64,000 nucleotides of DNA from Promethearchaeota archaeon (lineage in GTDB: Archaea; Asgardarchaeota; Lokiarchaeia; Sigyniarchaeales; SOKP01), in assembly GCA_048941285.1 (NCBI GenBank), contig JBHLNS010000001.1:32001-96000 (forward strand), given 5' to 3'. Every line of letters starts with the position of its first letter. Within the stretch, counting starts at the first letter, position 1. Positions 10,471-20,918 of this stretch are shown here, one piece after another. The position numbers and the translations under genes are program-made. Under the pieces are notes generated by a model. The model was not told the origin of the DNA. It saw nothing but the letters and a program-made list of their open reading frames with translations, and did not search any database.

Positions 10471-11538
10471 TTACATGTTCATGAGTTCTTCTTCATATTT
10501 AATAATTTCATCATTAGAGATATCTCTGTCAAATTTTATCTTTTTATGAATCCCTAAATATGCACATGCAAGTTTAGCTGCAGCAGCAACTTCTGCTTTC
10601 TTAAGTGTTATTGAGTATTCATCTTGTTGAATAGGATCTTCTTGATAAAGATTTTCTTGGAAATTTTTATCATGAATTCGAAGAGTTCTTTCATTTTTCA
10701 TTTTATATAACAATGAAGCCATTTTATTTGCGACTTTAAAAGGTAATTGATTTTTAACTACCAATCGTATAATATTATTTACATCAAAATAATTGAGAGT
10801 CTCAAATTTAGCCCTCAGAAAGCTTTTAAGATTTTCGGAATTTCTTTCACATTCAATTTCCATCCAGTCATGTATAGCAAGTTTTCTTCTGAAAAATATT
10901 AATTCCCAATCTATATTCAATTCTTTTAATAACTCAAAAATCATATCATCATTTGATTTTCTTGATTCGATGATCATATAAAGCTGAAGTCCATAGTACT
11001 TATGTTCTTGTTGAAGAAAAAACCCTCTCTGTTGCATAGAAGAGAGGATTAAGACCTTTATAGAATAAACATTTTCTGAGAGATTCTTTTTCCCACAATT
11101 AAGATATATAACATTACCCTCTTCACTAATAAATTCACTATCTAAAAAACCTAAAATTCCCTCTTTGTTATCCTTGATGAAATCCCTTAATCCACTAAGC
11201 GTTGGTTTCACATCAAATTTAATCAAATCATTTTCTCCAACGGTCACATAATCATGGAAATTACTCCCAATTGCTAGTTTGATTGAATTCAGTTTCAGTT
11301 CTTTGTCACTGCCAAATACTCTCTGAAATGCATCATTTATCGGGAAAATCTCTTCTTCTAGTATTTTGATTTCTGCTATGGAACTCTCATAAGGTTCCGG
11401 TTCATTTAGCAATTTATTCAATATTGGTGCTTCAGAAGCATCCACTTCGATTTCATAGGATTTTGCTAGATCTTTACGAATAATAAAGAAAGCTCTATTC
11501 TTTTTATTATAAATTGACAGCGATAGGTGATCATTCAA
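10471..11538 (-). CDS. Hypothetical protein (frame stays open upstream to about 11610)
   Basis: 355-aa ORF with typical composition; no family recognised. Confidence 0.7.
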   Translation of the reverse strand: MNDHLSLSIYNKKNRAFFIIRKDLAKSYEIEVDASEAPILNKLLNEPEPYESSIAEIKILEEEIFPINDAFQRVFGSDKELKLNSIKLAIGSNFHDYVTVGENDLIKFDVKPTLSGLRDFIKDNKEGILGFLDSEFISEEGNVIYLNCGKKNLSENVYSIKVLILSSMQQRGFFLQQEHKYYGLQLYMIIESRKSNDDMIFELLKELNIDWELIFFRRKLAIHDWMEIECERNSENLKSFLRAKFETLNYFDVNNIIRLVVKNQLPFKVANKMASLLYKMKNERTLRIHDKNFQENLYQEDPIQQDEYSITLKKAEVAAAAKLACAYLGIHKKIKFDRDISNDEIIKYEEELMNM

Positions 11539-11794
11539 TACTGCACGGAATTTTTCTATAAATTTACTTTCTGTATTATCAGACCCAATCCTTCTTCTTC
11601 GAATTATATATCATCTAAAAGTTGTTAAAACTATCTTATCTATATTAATTAATTTATAAACTTTTTATCTTAAATTCTTATCTAAAATGTATTATAAGAT
11701 TTTTAATTATTTATTAATAAATAAAACACATTGAAGGGAAAGTAATTTTTTAAGATAAAATCAATTTTTAAACATAATTAAAATCATACACATA

Positions 11795-11971
11795 TTATAT
11801 TTCTTCTTCTAAATAATAAAAGTCTCTCTTCTTAACATATATGATTGTAGAACCAAAGTTATTACGGATAGTGTATTTATCTCCTTGAACATCTAAAATT
11901 TCTATAGAATAAGATAATCTTCTTTGTTTCATTATGTCCTCAATAATTTTTTTTTCTTCTTTTGCGTCCAT
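11795..11971 (-). CDS. Small hypothetical protein, 58 aa (not in the ORF track)
   Basis: ATG 11971 to TAA 11795: MDAKEEKKIIEDIMKQRRLSYSIEILDVQGDKYTIRNNFGSTIIYVKKRDFYYLEEEI; globular-looking composition within a 1-kb gap. Confidence 0.7.
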   Translation of the reverse strand: MDAKEEKKIIEDIMKQRRLSYSIEILDVQGDKYTIRNNFGSTIIYVKKRDFYYLEEEI

Positions 11972-12534
11972 GATTTTGAGTTATTAAACACTGCAAAAAA
12001 AATTTATCGTTTTAATTGGTAATAAAAAAATGATTTGATACATATATCAGCGTTATGGTTTGATATAAATTAATAATGGATATCAAATTAAAATTATAAG
12101 ATTATTTTAGGTATACTTAATAATTGTCAATTAATATTCAATAAAAAAAGGGAGTAAATTATTGAAAAGGGAACCAAAGGATCGAAGGATGGTTGGTTAC
12201 ACACATCTCTTACTCATTTTTAATATAAAAGAAGATTAAATTATCCGATTTATCCTTTGAAGTATTAATATATAATCTTGAAAAATGTGTGACGAAAAGC
12301 TCGTTCAGTCAAAATCTATTTATTTATTTCAACTTTGGGTATTTTTAAATTTATACAATATGGTTTAAAGTTAATAATTTCAATTTTATGGTTTATTTAC
12401 CTTATTAAAAAATCGAATTTTTTTTATTAAATCATACATATTTTTATATATTAAAAAACATGTTTATATAAAACACATGTTTCTTTAACTAAAAGAATCA
12501 TCTCAAAGCCTTATTCTTTTATGTCTGATATAAT

Positions 12535-13785
12535 ATGGTTAAACAGAAATTAGATATTGGTTTTTTCACTTCAATGTATTCACAGGTTAATGGTACCGCC
12601 ATTGCGTGTAGAAATCTTGCTGAAGGAATAGCAAAATATACAGGACATAATGTTCATGTTTTCGCACCCGGTATTCAAAAACCTAAAATCAAACCAAATA
12701 ATCTACATCTCTACAATTTTTTTGGAGCTAAAATTGGTCCCAAAACTGGTTTTGTATTAAGTTTTCCGATACACAGATATTTTTTCTGTTCCCATGATTA
12801 TCTAGATATGGCACATATCCATACACACGCCAGTTATGGATCTATGGCAATTAATTGGGCAAAATATCTGGGAATCCCGATGGTTGGAACTCACAATTCT
12901 CCTCTTAGCTTTTATACAGCGCAATATATTCCTGTTTTTGGTAAACTTCTTTCAAGAATGGATTGGGTATGGCGCTATGAAAGACATATATTAGATAAAT
13001 ATGATCTTGTCTCGGTTCCAACAAGATCTAAAAAAGATTTACTACGGGAACAAAGATTTAAAGAGCCAATAATATGTTTAACCAATGGTATTTCAGATTT
13101 ATATTTTAAAGACGTTAAAGAAAATGGAATAAGAGATAAATATAATTTAGATAGTAAAAAAATTCTTTTATATGCATCTAGGTTATCTCCTGAGAAACAT
13201 CAATTAAGTATTATTAAAACATTTAGAAAAATTCAAAAAGAAGTTCCCGATACTCATTTGGTTCTTGTTGGAAGTGATGGGCCTTCCAGTTCCCATGTTA
13301 AAAAATTAATAAAGAAGAGATACTATAATGATAGTGTTTCATACTTAGGTCGTGTACCTTTCATAGATTTATTAAAATTGTATAATACAGCTGATTTAGC
13401 CTGCCTTTGGTCATGGATTGAAGCGGAAGGATTAGTTTTAATCGAGGCTATGGCACAAGGAACACCTTGCATAGGGGCAAATGCTGTTGGAATTTCAAAT
13501 GTAATTAGACATGGTAAAACAGGATACCTTGCCAATGATCTTGATGATTTTAAGAATAAAGCGATAGGTTTATTTAAGGATGACGATTTACGAGCAGAAA
13601 TGGGAATGAATTCAAAAATGCTTGCACAAAACTATAGAATTAGCAAAGTTGCTAAAACTTGGGTTAAGCTTTATAAATTTATAATAAATGAACTTTACCC
13701 CTTACGTTATTATAAAAAAGAAAGAAAAGAAAGAGTTGAGCTGGTAAAAGAATTTATTCACAAATTACCTATCGTATCATTCTAA
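12535..13785 (+). CDS. Glycosyltransferase family 4 (GT-B)
   Basis: QVNGTA, HIHT, SRLSPEK, EAEGLVLIEAMAQGTP. Confidence 0.9.
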   Translation: MVKQKLDIGFFTSMYSQVNGTAIACRNLAEGIAKYTGHNVHVFAPGIQKPKIKPNNLHLYNFFGAKIGPKTGFVLSFPIHRYFFCSHDYLDMAHIHTHASYGSMAINWAKYLGIPMVGTHNSPLSFYTAQYIPVFGKLLSRMDWVWRYERHILDKYDLVSVPTRSKKDLLREQRFKEPIICLTNGISDLYFKDVKENGIRDKYNLDSKKILLYASRLSPEKHQLSIIKTFRKIQKEVPDTHLVLVGSDGPSSSHVKKLIKKRYYNDSVSYLGRVPFIDLLKLYNTADLACLWSWIEAEGLVLIEAMAQGTPCIGANAVGISNVIRHGKTGYLANDLDDFKNKAIGLFKDDDLRAEMGMNSKMLAQNYRISKVAKTWVKLYKFIINELYPLRYYKKERKERVELVKEFIHKLPIVSF

Positions 13786-13791
13786 CTACTC

Positions 13792-14538
13792 TTAGAAATT
13801 ATATTGTACTCTAATCTGTTCAAATTTTAATTTGCAATTATCGCAAAAATCAAATGATTTTTTGTCAATATTATTTATATGATGAGAAAATGTCATAACA
13901 CATGAATCTGTTTGACAATGATCTGGACCTAATATTATGTGTCCAATTTCATGAATAACCTCTTTTATAACACGTAACTCAAAAATTTCAAAATTTGGCA
14001 TTTTATTATAAAATTCTTCTTTTAGCTTTAATGACGAAACAACACAACAGCGATGTTTCAAATGTGTTTCTCCAAATAAGAATATAATATTATCATCATT
14101 ACTAGAATATAAAGGAAGATCAGTAACTGCAACAACCATACCAAGGTTTTCTTCTATTCTTTTGTTGATTAAAATCTGGTAAAACTTATTAGTAGGATGT
14201 ATTTTAATTTTGCCTGAAGACCTTTTCATTTCCTTAAATTCTGTCTTAACACCTTTAGAAACTAGATCTAAAGAAAATTTATAATTTCCAAGATTTCTAA
14301 TAGAAAAAAAAAATGAATCATATACTTGATTTAAAAAATATTTTATTTGTTCAAAAAGAGCTTTGTTATAGTCTCCAAAAAAAAGAAAACCTATATGGCA
14401 TGGCAATGAAAACTTCTCTGGTATCTCATTATTTAATTCAAATTCGCTATTATAAGATATTCCTATTCTTGTAATTAAATTTTTTAATTTATCTTTATAT
14501 TTGCGAATTTTTTGCTCATATTTTTGAAAGCTTGGCAT
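13792..14538 (-). CDS. Archaemetzincin-family Zn metalloprotease
   Basis: KEVIHEIGHIILGPDHC...CVM...FCDNC (HExxH plus Cys4 Zn site). Confidence 0.85.
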   Translation of the reverse strand: MPSFQKYEQKIRKYKDKLKNLITRIGISYNSEFELNNEIPEKFSLPCHIGFLFFGDYNKALFEQIKYFLNQVYDSFFFSIRNLGNYKFSLDLVSKGVKTEFKEMKRSSGKIKIHPTNKFYQILINKRIEENLGMVVAVTDLPLYSSNDDNIIFLFGETHLKHRCCVVSSLKLKEEFYNKMPNFEIFELRVIKEVIHEIGHIILGPDHCQTDSCVMTFSHHINNIDKKSFDFCDNCKLKFEQIRVQYNF

Positions 14539-14690
14539 TACTAGACTTTTAAAAGATTCTTTCTATAAGAATTTTCTTTCATTCAACAAAACTGAAATAG
14601 TGGGTTTAAAATTATTATTAATAGGTATTTAAGTTATAGATTCTATTATAAATTAGGATAATTATTTTTTAAAATCAATTTTATGTAGAT

Positions 14691-15740
14691 ATGACAGATC
14701 TAATAGACAATTCAGAGATAAATGACCAAAAAAAAGAATATTCTAAAAATTCTGAAAATAACCTAGAAGATGATAAAGAGGTTATTCAAAAAGATTTCAT
14801 TCCTCACTTTTTTCCAACTTATAGAATTAAAAGAAATTTTTACCCTATACCAATAATTCTCGTAATTGCTATCTCTGCAATACTAGCTTATTTAACATAT
14901 GTTGAAGCTGGAATTCAAATAGATGGAGGATACATTCCAGAAAGTGAATATGGTGTTCTAGGAGGAATTTTAAATGGCTTAATTTACACGGCATTAGCGG
15001 GAATTTCTGCTTTTATAATAGTTTTCATAATTAAGAAGAAAGGTATTGGTGTATTAATGTATATTTTTGGTTTTAGTTTTGGGTTAATAGGATTTTTCCA
15101 AACATGGTTTTTTGGCCAAATTATTATATATTTATTGTTTTTAAATTCACCAAATTTATTCTACTTATTTTATTATGAATTGATTTTCCTAGCAGCTTTT
15201 TTTACAATTCTTATGTTATATTTATATTTTACTTCAAAATCGATTAAAACAAAAAATTTTATAGTTTTATATATAGGGTTATTAATTGGAGCATCTATGG
15301 GGGTTTTAATGCCCCTTTGGACTACAATGGCCATTTTAATTGGAATTTCCTGCTGGGATATTTTCGCTGTGTTATATAAACACGGGCCAATCAAACAATT
15401 AATAGATATTGCATCAAGTCCAGAAGAAGAAGCTGTTTTCTCAGAACAAGAATTACAGCAAAAGATAAAAACAGGAGAATATAAGTATGATACTTCAAAA
15501 TTAGAAATTGGAATAGGAGATTTAGCATTTTATAGCATGCTAACTTCTAGTGCCCTAATTCAGACTAATAATTTAATAGTTATGATTCTAACTGCATTTG
15601 CTACAATTTTGGGTACCGGAATTACTATTTCCGGGTTAAAGCGAAATAAAATTCTCCCTGGGCTACCCATTTCGATTTTTTTAGGAATTGGAACTATGCT
15701 ACTTTCATGGTTTATAATTTCAACTTTTCCCTTTAGTTAA
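14691..15740 (+). CDS. Presenilin-family intramembrane aspartyl protease
   Basis: About 9 TM segments, WDIFAVL...GP, IGIGDLAFYSML (GxGD), LPGLPISI (PAL-like). Confidence 0.88.
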   Translation: MTDLIDNSEINDQKKEYSKNSENNLEDDKEVIQKDFIPHFFPTYRIKRNFYPIPIILVIAISAILAYLTYVEAGIQIDGGYIPESEYGVLGGILNGLIYTALAGISAFIIVFIIKKKGIGVLMYIFGFSFGLIGFFQTWFFGQIIIYLLFLNSPNLFYLFYYELIFLAAFFTILMLYLYFTSKSIKTKNFIVLYIGLLIGASMGVLMPLWTTMAILIGISCWDIFAVLYKHGPIKQLIDIASSPEEEAVFSEQELQQKIKTGEYKYDTSKLEIGIGDLAFYSMLTSSALIQTNNLIVMILTAFATILGTGITISGLKRNKILPGLPISIFLGIGTMLLSWFIISTFPFS

Positions 15741-15766
15741 AATTATATTTTTTTTTATAAATTACC

Positions 15767-17005
15767 TTGAATTTATACTTAATAGAATTTAATACAGTAA
15801 AAGTGATTCGAAAGATGAATTTTTCCACCCTCAATATTGATAAAATTGCTGTGATTGGAGCTGGAACTATGGGCCATGAAATTGCTCAAGTAGCTTTAAT
15901 GGGAGGATTCAAATCTGTTATACTAAATGATTTAAGTAGTGAAATACTCAAAAATGCCGTAAAGAAAATTCAAAGTGGTTTGCAGAAATTAGAAACTAGA
16001 GGGCAGTTAAAAGAAGAATATTCAACTTCCTCTCTTATGCAAAATCTTAAACCAGAAATAGATCTAAAGAAAACCGTTTCTCATGCTGATTTTATTTTTG
16101 AAGCAATTCCCGAAAAAATGAATATCAAACAAGATCTTTTCCAAAAATTAGGAAATTTTTCTCCTAAACACGCAATTTTAGCAACAAATACGTCAACTAT
16201 GAGCATAACTAACATTGCATCTTTATCAGGAAGACCAGATAAAGTTATCGGTTGCCATTTTTTTACTCCAATAGTAGTACTTAGATTAATTGAAATCATA
16301 AAAGGGAGAGATACTTCAGAAGAAACCGTTGAAATTACTAAAAATGTTTGTTACCAATTACCAGCTATCAAAGGAAGAAGATTATTACCAGTACTTCAAA
16401 AGGAGAGTCCAGGATTTATTGTAAATCGGTTAATGTTAGGAACAAGTGCTTATATAAATTGGCTTCTTGATTATGCGATAAAGGAAGGCATACCCCTAGA
16501 AAATTTAGATGCTGATGTAAAAGAAGTAATGAAGATTGGCCCAATAGCTAAATGGGATTATTTAGGTCTAGACGTGATTTATAACACTTTAAAATATTTT
16601 GAAACCGTTGTTTCTACGGACTTTGCTCCAGGAAAAACTCTTTCAAAATTAGTAAATGAAGGAAAATTAGGTAGAAAAACTGGAGAAGGCCTTTTTAGAT
16701 GGATTGGAGGTAAACCAAAAATAAATTTAGATACTAAAGCAGGAATTCTTGATTTAGAACTTTTTATGGCAATTCAATTGAATGAGGGATGTAAACTTTT
16801 AGAGGAGGGAATTGTATCGGGATATAAAATTATTGATGATACAATGCTAGCTGGAATGGATTTGCCTGGACCATTTAGTATGGGGAAAAAGAAATATGAA
16901 AAATGGGTTAAATTACTGGAAGACTTTGTTAAGCAGTCAAATTTACTTTATCTTAAGCCTTGCAATTTAATGAAATCTGGAAAATTCATTCAAATGCGAA
17001 AATAA
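15767..17005 (+). CDS. 3-hydroxyacyl-CoA dehydrogenase family (likely start ATG 15815)
   Basis: VIGAGTMGHEIA, EAIPE, ATNTS, HFF, PGFIVNR, GRKTGEG. Confidence 0.9.
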   Translation: MNLYLIEFNTVKVIRKMNFSTLNIDKIAVIGAGTMGHEIAQVALMGGFKSVILNDLSSEILKNAVKKIQSGLQKLETRGQLKEEYSTSSLMQNLKPEIDLKKTVSHADFIFEAIPEKMNIKQDLFQKLGNFSPKHAILATNTSTMSITNIASLSGRPDKVIGCHFFTPIVVLRLIEIIKGRDTSEETVEITKNVCYQLPAIKGRRLLPVLQKESPGFIVNRLMLGTSAYINWLLDYAIKEGIPLENLDADVKEVMKIGPIAKWDYLGLDVIYNTLKYFETVVSTDFAPGKTLSKLVNEGKLGRKTGEGLFRWIGGKPKINLDTKAGILDLELFMAIQLNEGCKLLEEGIVSGYKIIDDTMLAGMDLPGPFSMGKKKYEKWVKLLEDFVKQSNLLYLKPCNLMKSGKFIQMRK

Positions 17006-17150
17006 GAGCAAACTATTTTACTTTGATTATATATATTTTATAATTATCTATTCAGATATGACCCTATATAACAAATAATTTTAAATTATAACAGTGTTTA
17101 ATCTATATATTAGATTTATAGCATAAGCGTAAAGTGTAAAGAAAAACCTC

Positions 17151-17429
17151 ATGCCTGAAGAATGTGATAGCCCTAAATCGGGTTTTGATAAAATTATTGA
17201 TTATTTTAATAATTCACTTAAAATAAATCATCCGGTTGCTATTGCAGAAATTGTAGAGGAAACTGGGTTTTCTTGGAGTTTTGTGAAAAAAACTTTAAGT
17301 AAAATAAGTGAAAAATATGATGGATTCCATTTTGAAAAATCAGGTAGTACGTGGATCACTTGGAAAGATCGTGATCATTTGATAAAAAAACTTGATAATA
17401 CTTGTTCTCGGTTATTAGATGAAAGTTAG
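17151..17429 (+). CDS. Small putative winged-HTH protein
   Basis: IAEIVEETGFSWSFVKKTL helix-turn-helix followed by a beta wing. Confidence 0.65.
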   Translation: MPEECDSPKSGFDKIIDYFNNSLKINHPVAIAEIVEETGFSWSFVKKTLSKISEKYDGFHFEKSGSTWITWKDRDHLIKKLDNTCSRLLDES

Positions 17430-17710
17430 AAATAAATAACTTCCAATTTTTGCGCTCAAATCTCTTTAATTTTATGAAAAAAGGATTTTATCAGTTTAAT
17501 TCCACTAAATTTACCTTAAAGATTAATCAAATGAGTAGATGGACTGAAATAATAATAAATGATTATAAGAGGAACTGATTTAGCTATTTAGGAATCTTTA
17601 AAACAAAGTTCATAAAATCGGAAAGAAATTTTTAAGGAAGAAGAAAATTTTAAAGTTGTTATCATTTATACAAATTTAGAATAATTAAGTTTATTTGGCA
17701 AAAGGGATTT

Positions 17711-18970
17711 ATGAAAAAAATAAAAAATATCTTATTTATTGTTGTAGATTGCTTAAGAGCGGATTATATTTATGATCCGAACAAAACTCATATTCCTAAC
17801 ATAAATGAACTCAAAACCAATGGCTTTTACTTTTTGAACACTATAACAACTACTTCTACAACAACACCCTCATTTTCTAGCTTACTGACAGGTCTCTATC
17901 CTTTTGAAAGTGGGGTGAGGAGTCACTCTGGTTATGCTTTAAATAAAAATGTCATTCCCTATCCTAAAATTTTAAAAAATAATGGATACTATACTTATGC
18001 TGAAGTAACCGGACCAGTAATTCAGAAAATTGGGTTGGATAAAGGTTTTGACGAATTTAATTACCGTGATAAAAATGAAACAATTCATAAGAATTGGGGA
18101 AAATTACTAATAAAGAAATTTATTTCTGAATACAAAGAACCATGGTTTGTTCTATTGCATATTTGGGCCCTCCATGAGCCTAGAATGGTTTTAACTCCTT
18201 TTAATAATGAAAAATATGGAGACACACTTTATGCTAGATCGATAGCTAGTATAGATAAATATTTAGGGGAACTTTTTAACGTTTTGAAAGAAAATACTCT
18301 AATAATTTTAACAGGCGACCATGGTGAACAAATTGAACATTCAATTATCGAAAGAAGAGTAAAAAGAACTATAGAGAAATTCATAAAAACCTTTAAAACC
18401 AATAATATTTTAAAAATTCCATATTCTAAAATAATCAGACCATTTCATATCGGTCATGGATATAGTATTTATGACGTATTAGTTAAAGTTCCATTAATAT
18501 TTTATGATAAAGAAACTATTCCTCATGGACAATCAAACGTACAAATAAGACACATTGATGTTTTTCCAACAATTTTAGATTTAGTTGAAATAAAGACCAA
18601 TAATGAAGTGTCTGGAAAAAGTTTAATCCCAATAATAGAAGGAAAAGATCTTTCACATAGGGATGCCTATCTAGAGGCGGTAGGGATAAATATTCCCAAA
18701 AAAGAAGATTGGTTAGTTGGGCTCCGTATTGCTAATAAATATAAATTTATCATGGCTCCATTTCTAAAAAATTTTAAAGAAGAATTATATTTATTAGAAA
18801 AAGATCCTCTTGAAAAACGAAATGTTGCTAACTATTACCCTCAATTAATTGAAAAGTTTAAAAAGAAAATTGAAAACTTAAAATATAAAGAATTAATTGG
18901 AGAAAGGTTGAAAAAAGAAGAGCAGGATAAAATTATCGATAGGTTAAGATCTTTAGGATATGTTGATTAA
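17711..18970 (+). CDS. Sulfatase/alkaline-phosphatase superfamily hydrolase
   Basis: VVDCLRAD, TTPSFSSLLTGLYP, HEP, TGDHGE, HG, DVFPTILD, LRSLGYVD. Confidence 0.88.
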   Translation: MKKIKNILFIVVDCLRADYIYDPNKTHIPNINELKTNGFYFLNTITTTSTTTPSFSSLLTGLYPFESGVRSHSGYALNKNVIPYPKILKNNGYYTYAEVTGPVIQKIGLDKGFDEFNYRDKNETIHKNWGKLLIKKFISEYKEPWFVLLHIWALHEPRMVLTPFNNEKYGDTLYARSIASIDKYLGELFNVLKENTLIILTGDHGEQIEHSIIERRVKRTIEKFIKTFKTNNILKIPYSKIIRPFHIGHGYSIYDVLVKVPLIFYDKETIPHGQSNVQIRHIDVFPTILDLVEIKTNNEVSGKSLIPIIEGKDLSHRDAYLEAVGINIPKKEDWLVGLRIANKYKFIMAPFLKNFKEELYLLEKDPLEKRNVANYYPQLIEKFKKKIENLKYKELIGERLKKEEQDKIIDRLRSLGYVD

Positions 18971-19189
18971 TTAATATCAATTAATTTCTCTATAGTTTTC
19001 AAATTTACATTTGAATTTACTTTTAAATCTTGAAAATCATTAAATTTATTTCAAATCTCCTTAATTGCAAAATCATTATTATAGATCTCAATAATTTGAA
19101 GAGTGTGAAATTTCATCCTATAATTATAACATCTTTAAATGACATGTATAATTCTATAATTCATTAATTAAAACAATACAATCAATTAC

Positions 19190-20161
19190 TTGCCTGTTAA
19201 ATTTGTGATAAATAGCATGAAAATTGAAAAATCAAGTCAAGATCTCGAAAATGAAGTAATTTATGCAGGACTTTGTATTCATTGTGGTTCTTGCAATGCA
19301 TTCTGTCCACATATGGACTTTAATCTTGACACGGGAGAAGCTTATGTAGTGGATGAGTGTGCTGAAACTGTTGGACTCTGTTACAATGCTTGTCCAAGAA
19401 CATTTTTGCCTATATCGGAAATTGAGACGAAAATGTTCGGAAAAACTCGTATAGATTTAGCTGTTGGAGTTTATAAAGATATAATTCAAGTAAAATCAAA
19501 AAATAAGGATGATATATTATATAATCTAGTAGTGGCGGGTTTTGAAACAGGAATTGTAAAACATATGGTTCTAAGCGAAGTTAAAAGTAAAAAACCTCCT
19601 GTGGCATTTCCAGTTGTAGTGGATAATGCAAAAAATGCAAAAAAATTTATACCTAAAGCTACAATGGAGAACGCAGGGCCTTTAATTACGGGAATTGGTA
19701 AAGCCTACAAGGATTATAAACGAGATATTGGCATTATAGGTAATCCTTGCCATCTTCAAGGTCTTGCAAAAATTCTTACATCAGATTTCAACACTGGAGC
19801 AGAACGCACAACTTTAAAAATAGCCTATGCTTGTTCTTCAGGAGGAATGACTGGTTGTAAATATTGTACTGACTTCTCAGGAGAATTTTCAGACATTTCA
19901 TACTCCCCTTGGGGTGCTCCAAAAGGTTCTGGCGAAGCATTCCTTATAATTAGAACTGATATCGGCCAAAAATTAGTTGATTACGCAGTTAAAAAAAAAT
20001 TAATTGAAATCACTAATCCAAACCCTGATTTATCTGAGATGAAGAAGTTTTTAAATAAAAAACGCAAAAAAAATTTCTTAACTCTTTTAAGTAAGGATTT
20101 AATAAAAGCTAAATACTTAAATCTTAATGTTGACGAGTTAAAGGATATTCTGGAAGATTAA
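19190..20161 (+). CDS. Coenzyme F420 hydrogenase/dehydrogenase beta subunit family (FrhB/FdhB) with N-terminal ferredoxin motifs (likely start ATG 19217)
   Basis: CIHCGSCNAFCP, CYNACPR, GNPCH, GCKYCTDFSGEFSDIS, IIRTDIG. Confidence 0.82.
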   Translation: MPVKFVINSMKIEKSSQDLENEVIYAGLCIHCGSCNAFCPHMDFNLDTGEAYVVDECAETVGLCYNACPRTFLPISEIETKMFGKTRIDLAVGVYKDIIQVKSKNKDDILYNLVVAGFETGIVKHMVLSEVKSKKPPVAFPVVVDNAKNAKKFIPKATMENAGPLITGIGKAYKDYKRDIGIIGNPCHLQGLAKILTSDFNTGAERTTLKIAYACSSGGMTGCKYCTDFSGEFSDISYSPWGAPKGSGEAFLIIRTDIGQKLVDYAVKKKLIEITNPNPDLSEMKKFLNKKRKKNFLTLLSKDLIKAKYLNLNVDELKDILED

Positions 20162-20349
20162 TCCTTTCTTTTTTATTTTTTTATATTCTTTTTGCTAATT
20201 AAAACCCTTTTTTTTCCCAAAAGTGATAATTTAATTATCATTCGCAAATTAAATATAAAAGCAGTTCAATCTATTATTTATAGAAAAAAAATTAATTACG
20301 ATTAAAATTTATTATATTAATAGTAATTTTTTAATACAAGTCAAATAGA

Positions 20350-20883
20350 ATGTTAACGCGCAAATTACTTTTTAAAATTGTCGTAGTGGGAGATGGAGGA
20401 GTAGGAAAAAGTACTATGGTACAAAGATTAATCACAGGACAGTTTATTCCTCAAAAAATTACTATTGGGACAGATCTCGCGATCCATAGGATTAAAATCA
20501 ATAAAGAGATCTCAACCAATCTCCAGATCTGGGATTTTGCAGGAGAACGACGTTTCAGAATTTTTTTACCTAATTATTCTCGAGGAGCAACAGGATGTTT
20601 ATTATGTTATGATATTACAAGGCAAAGTAGTTTTGATAATCTAGAAGAATGGTATCAAATCGTCAATAATAATGCTGACAATCCTGTATTTATTTTAGTG
20701 GGTGAAAAAGCAGACTTAGGGGATATCAGGAGAAGTGTTGACCATGAACAAGCAGAAGAATTTAAAGCAAAATACAATATTGATTACTTTGTAGAGACTT
20801 CTTCTAAAAGCGGAGAAAATAATCAAAAAATATTTGAAATCTTAACACGTTCGATTTTAAAAAAAAGGGGTCATATAGATTAG
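20350..20883 (+). CDS. Rab-like small GTPase
   Basis: GDGGVGKS, TIG, WDFAGE, EKAD, ETSSK. Confidence 0.9.
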   Translation: MLTRKLLFKIVVVGDGGVGKSTMVQRLITGQFIPQKITIGTDLAIHRIKINKEISTNLQIWDFAGERRFRIFLPNYSRGATGCLLCYDITRQSSFDNLEEWYQIVNNNADNPVFILVGEKADLGDIRRSVDHEQAEEFKAKYNIDYFVETSSKSGENNQKIFEILTRSILKKRGHID

Positions 20884-20918
20884 GATTTTATAAAAACTTA
20901 ATTGGCAAATAAATTCTT

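Noticed and set aside
17474-17635. Short + strand frame with an internal TGA between the wHTH and sulfatase-like genes
   Set aside because: No redox motif, no SECIS, no recognisable fold; consistent with chance in AT-rich DNA
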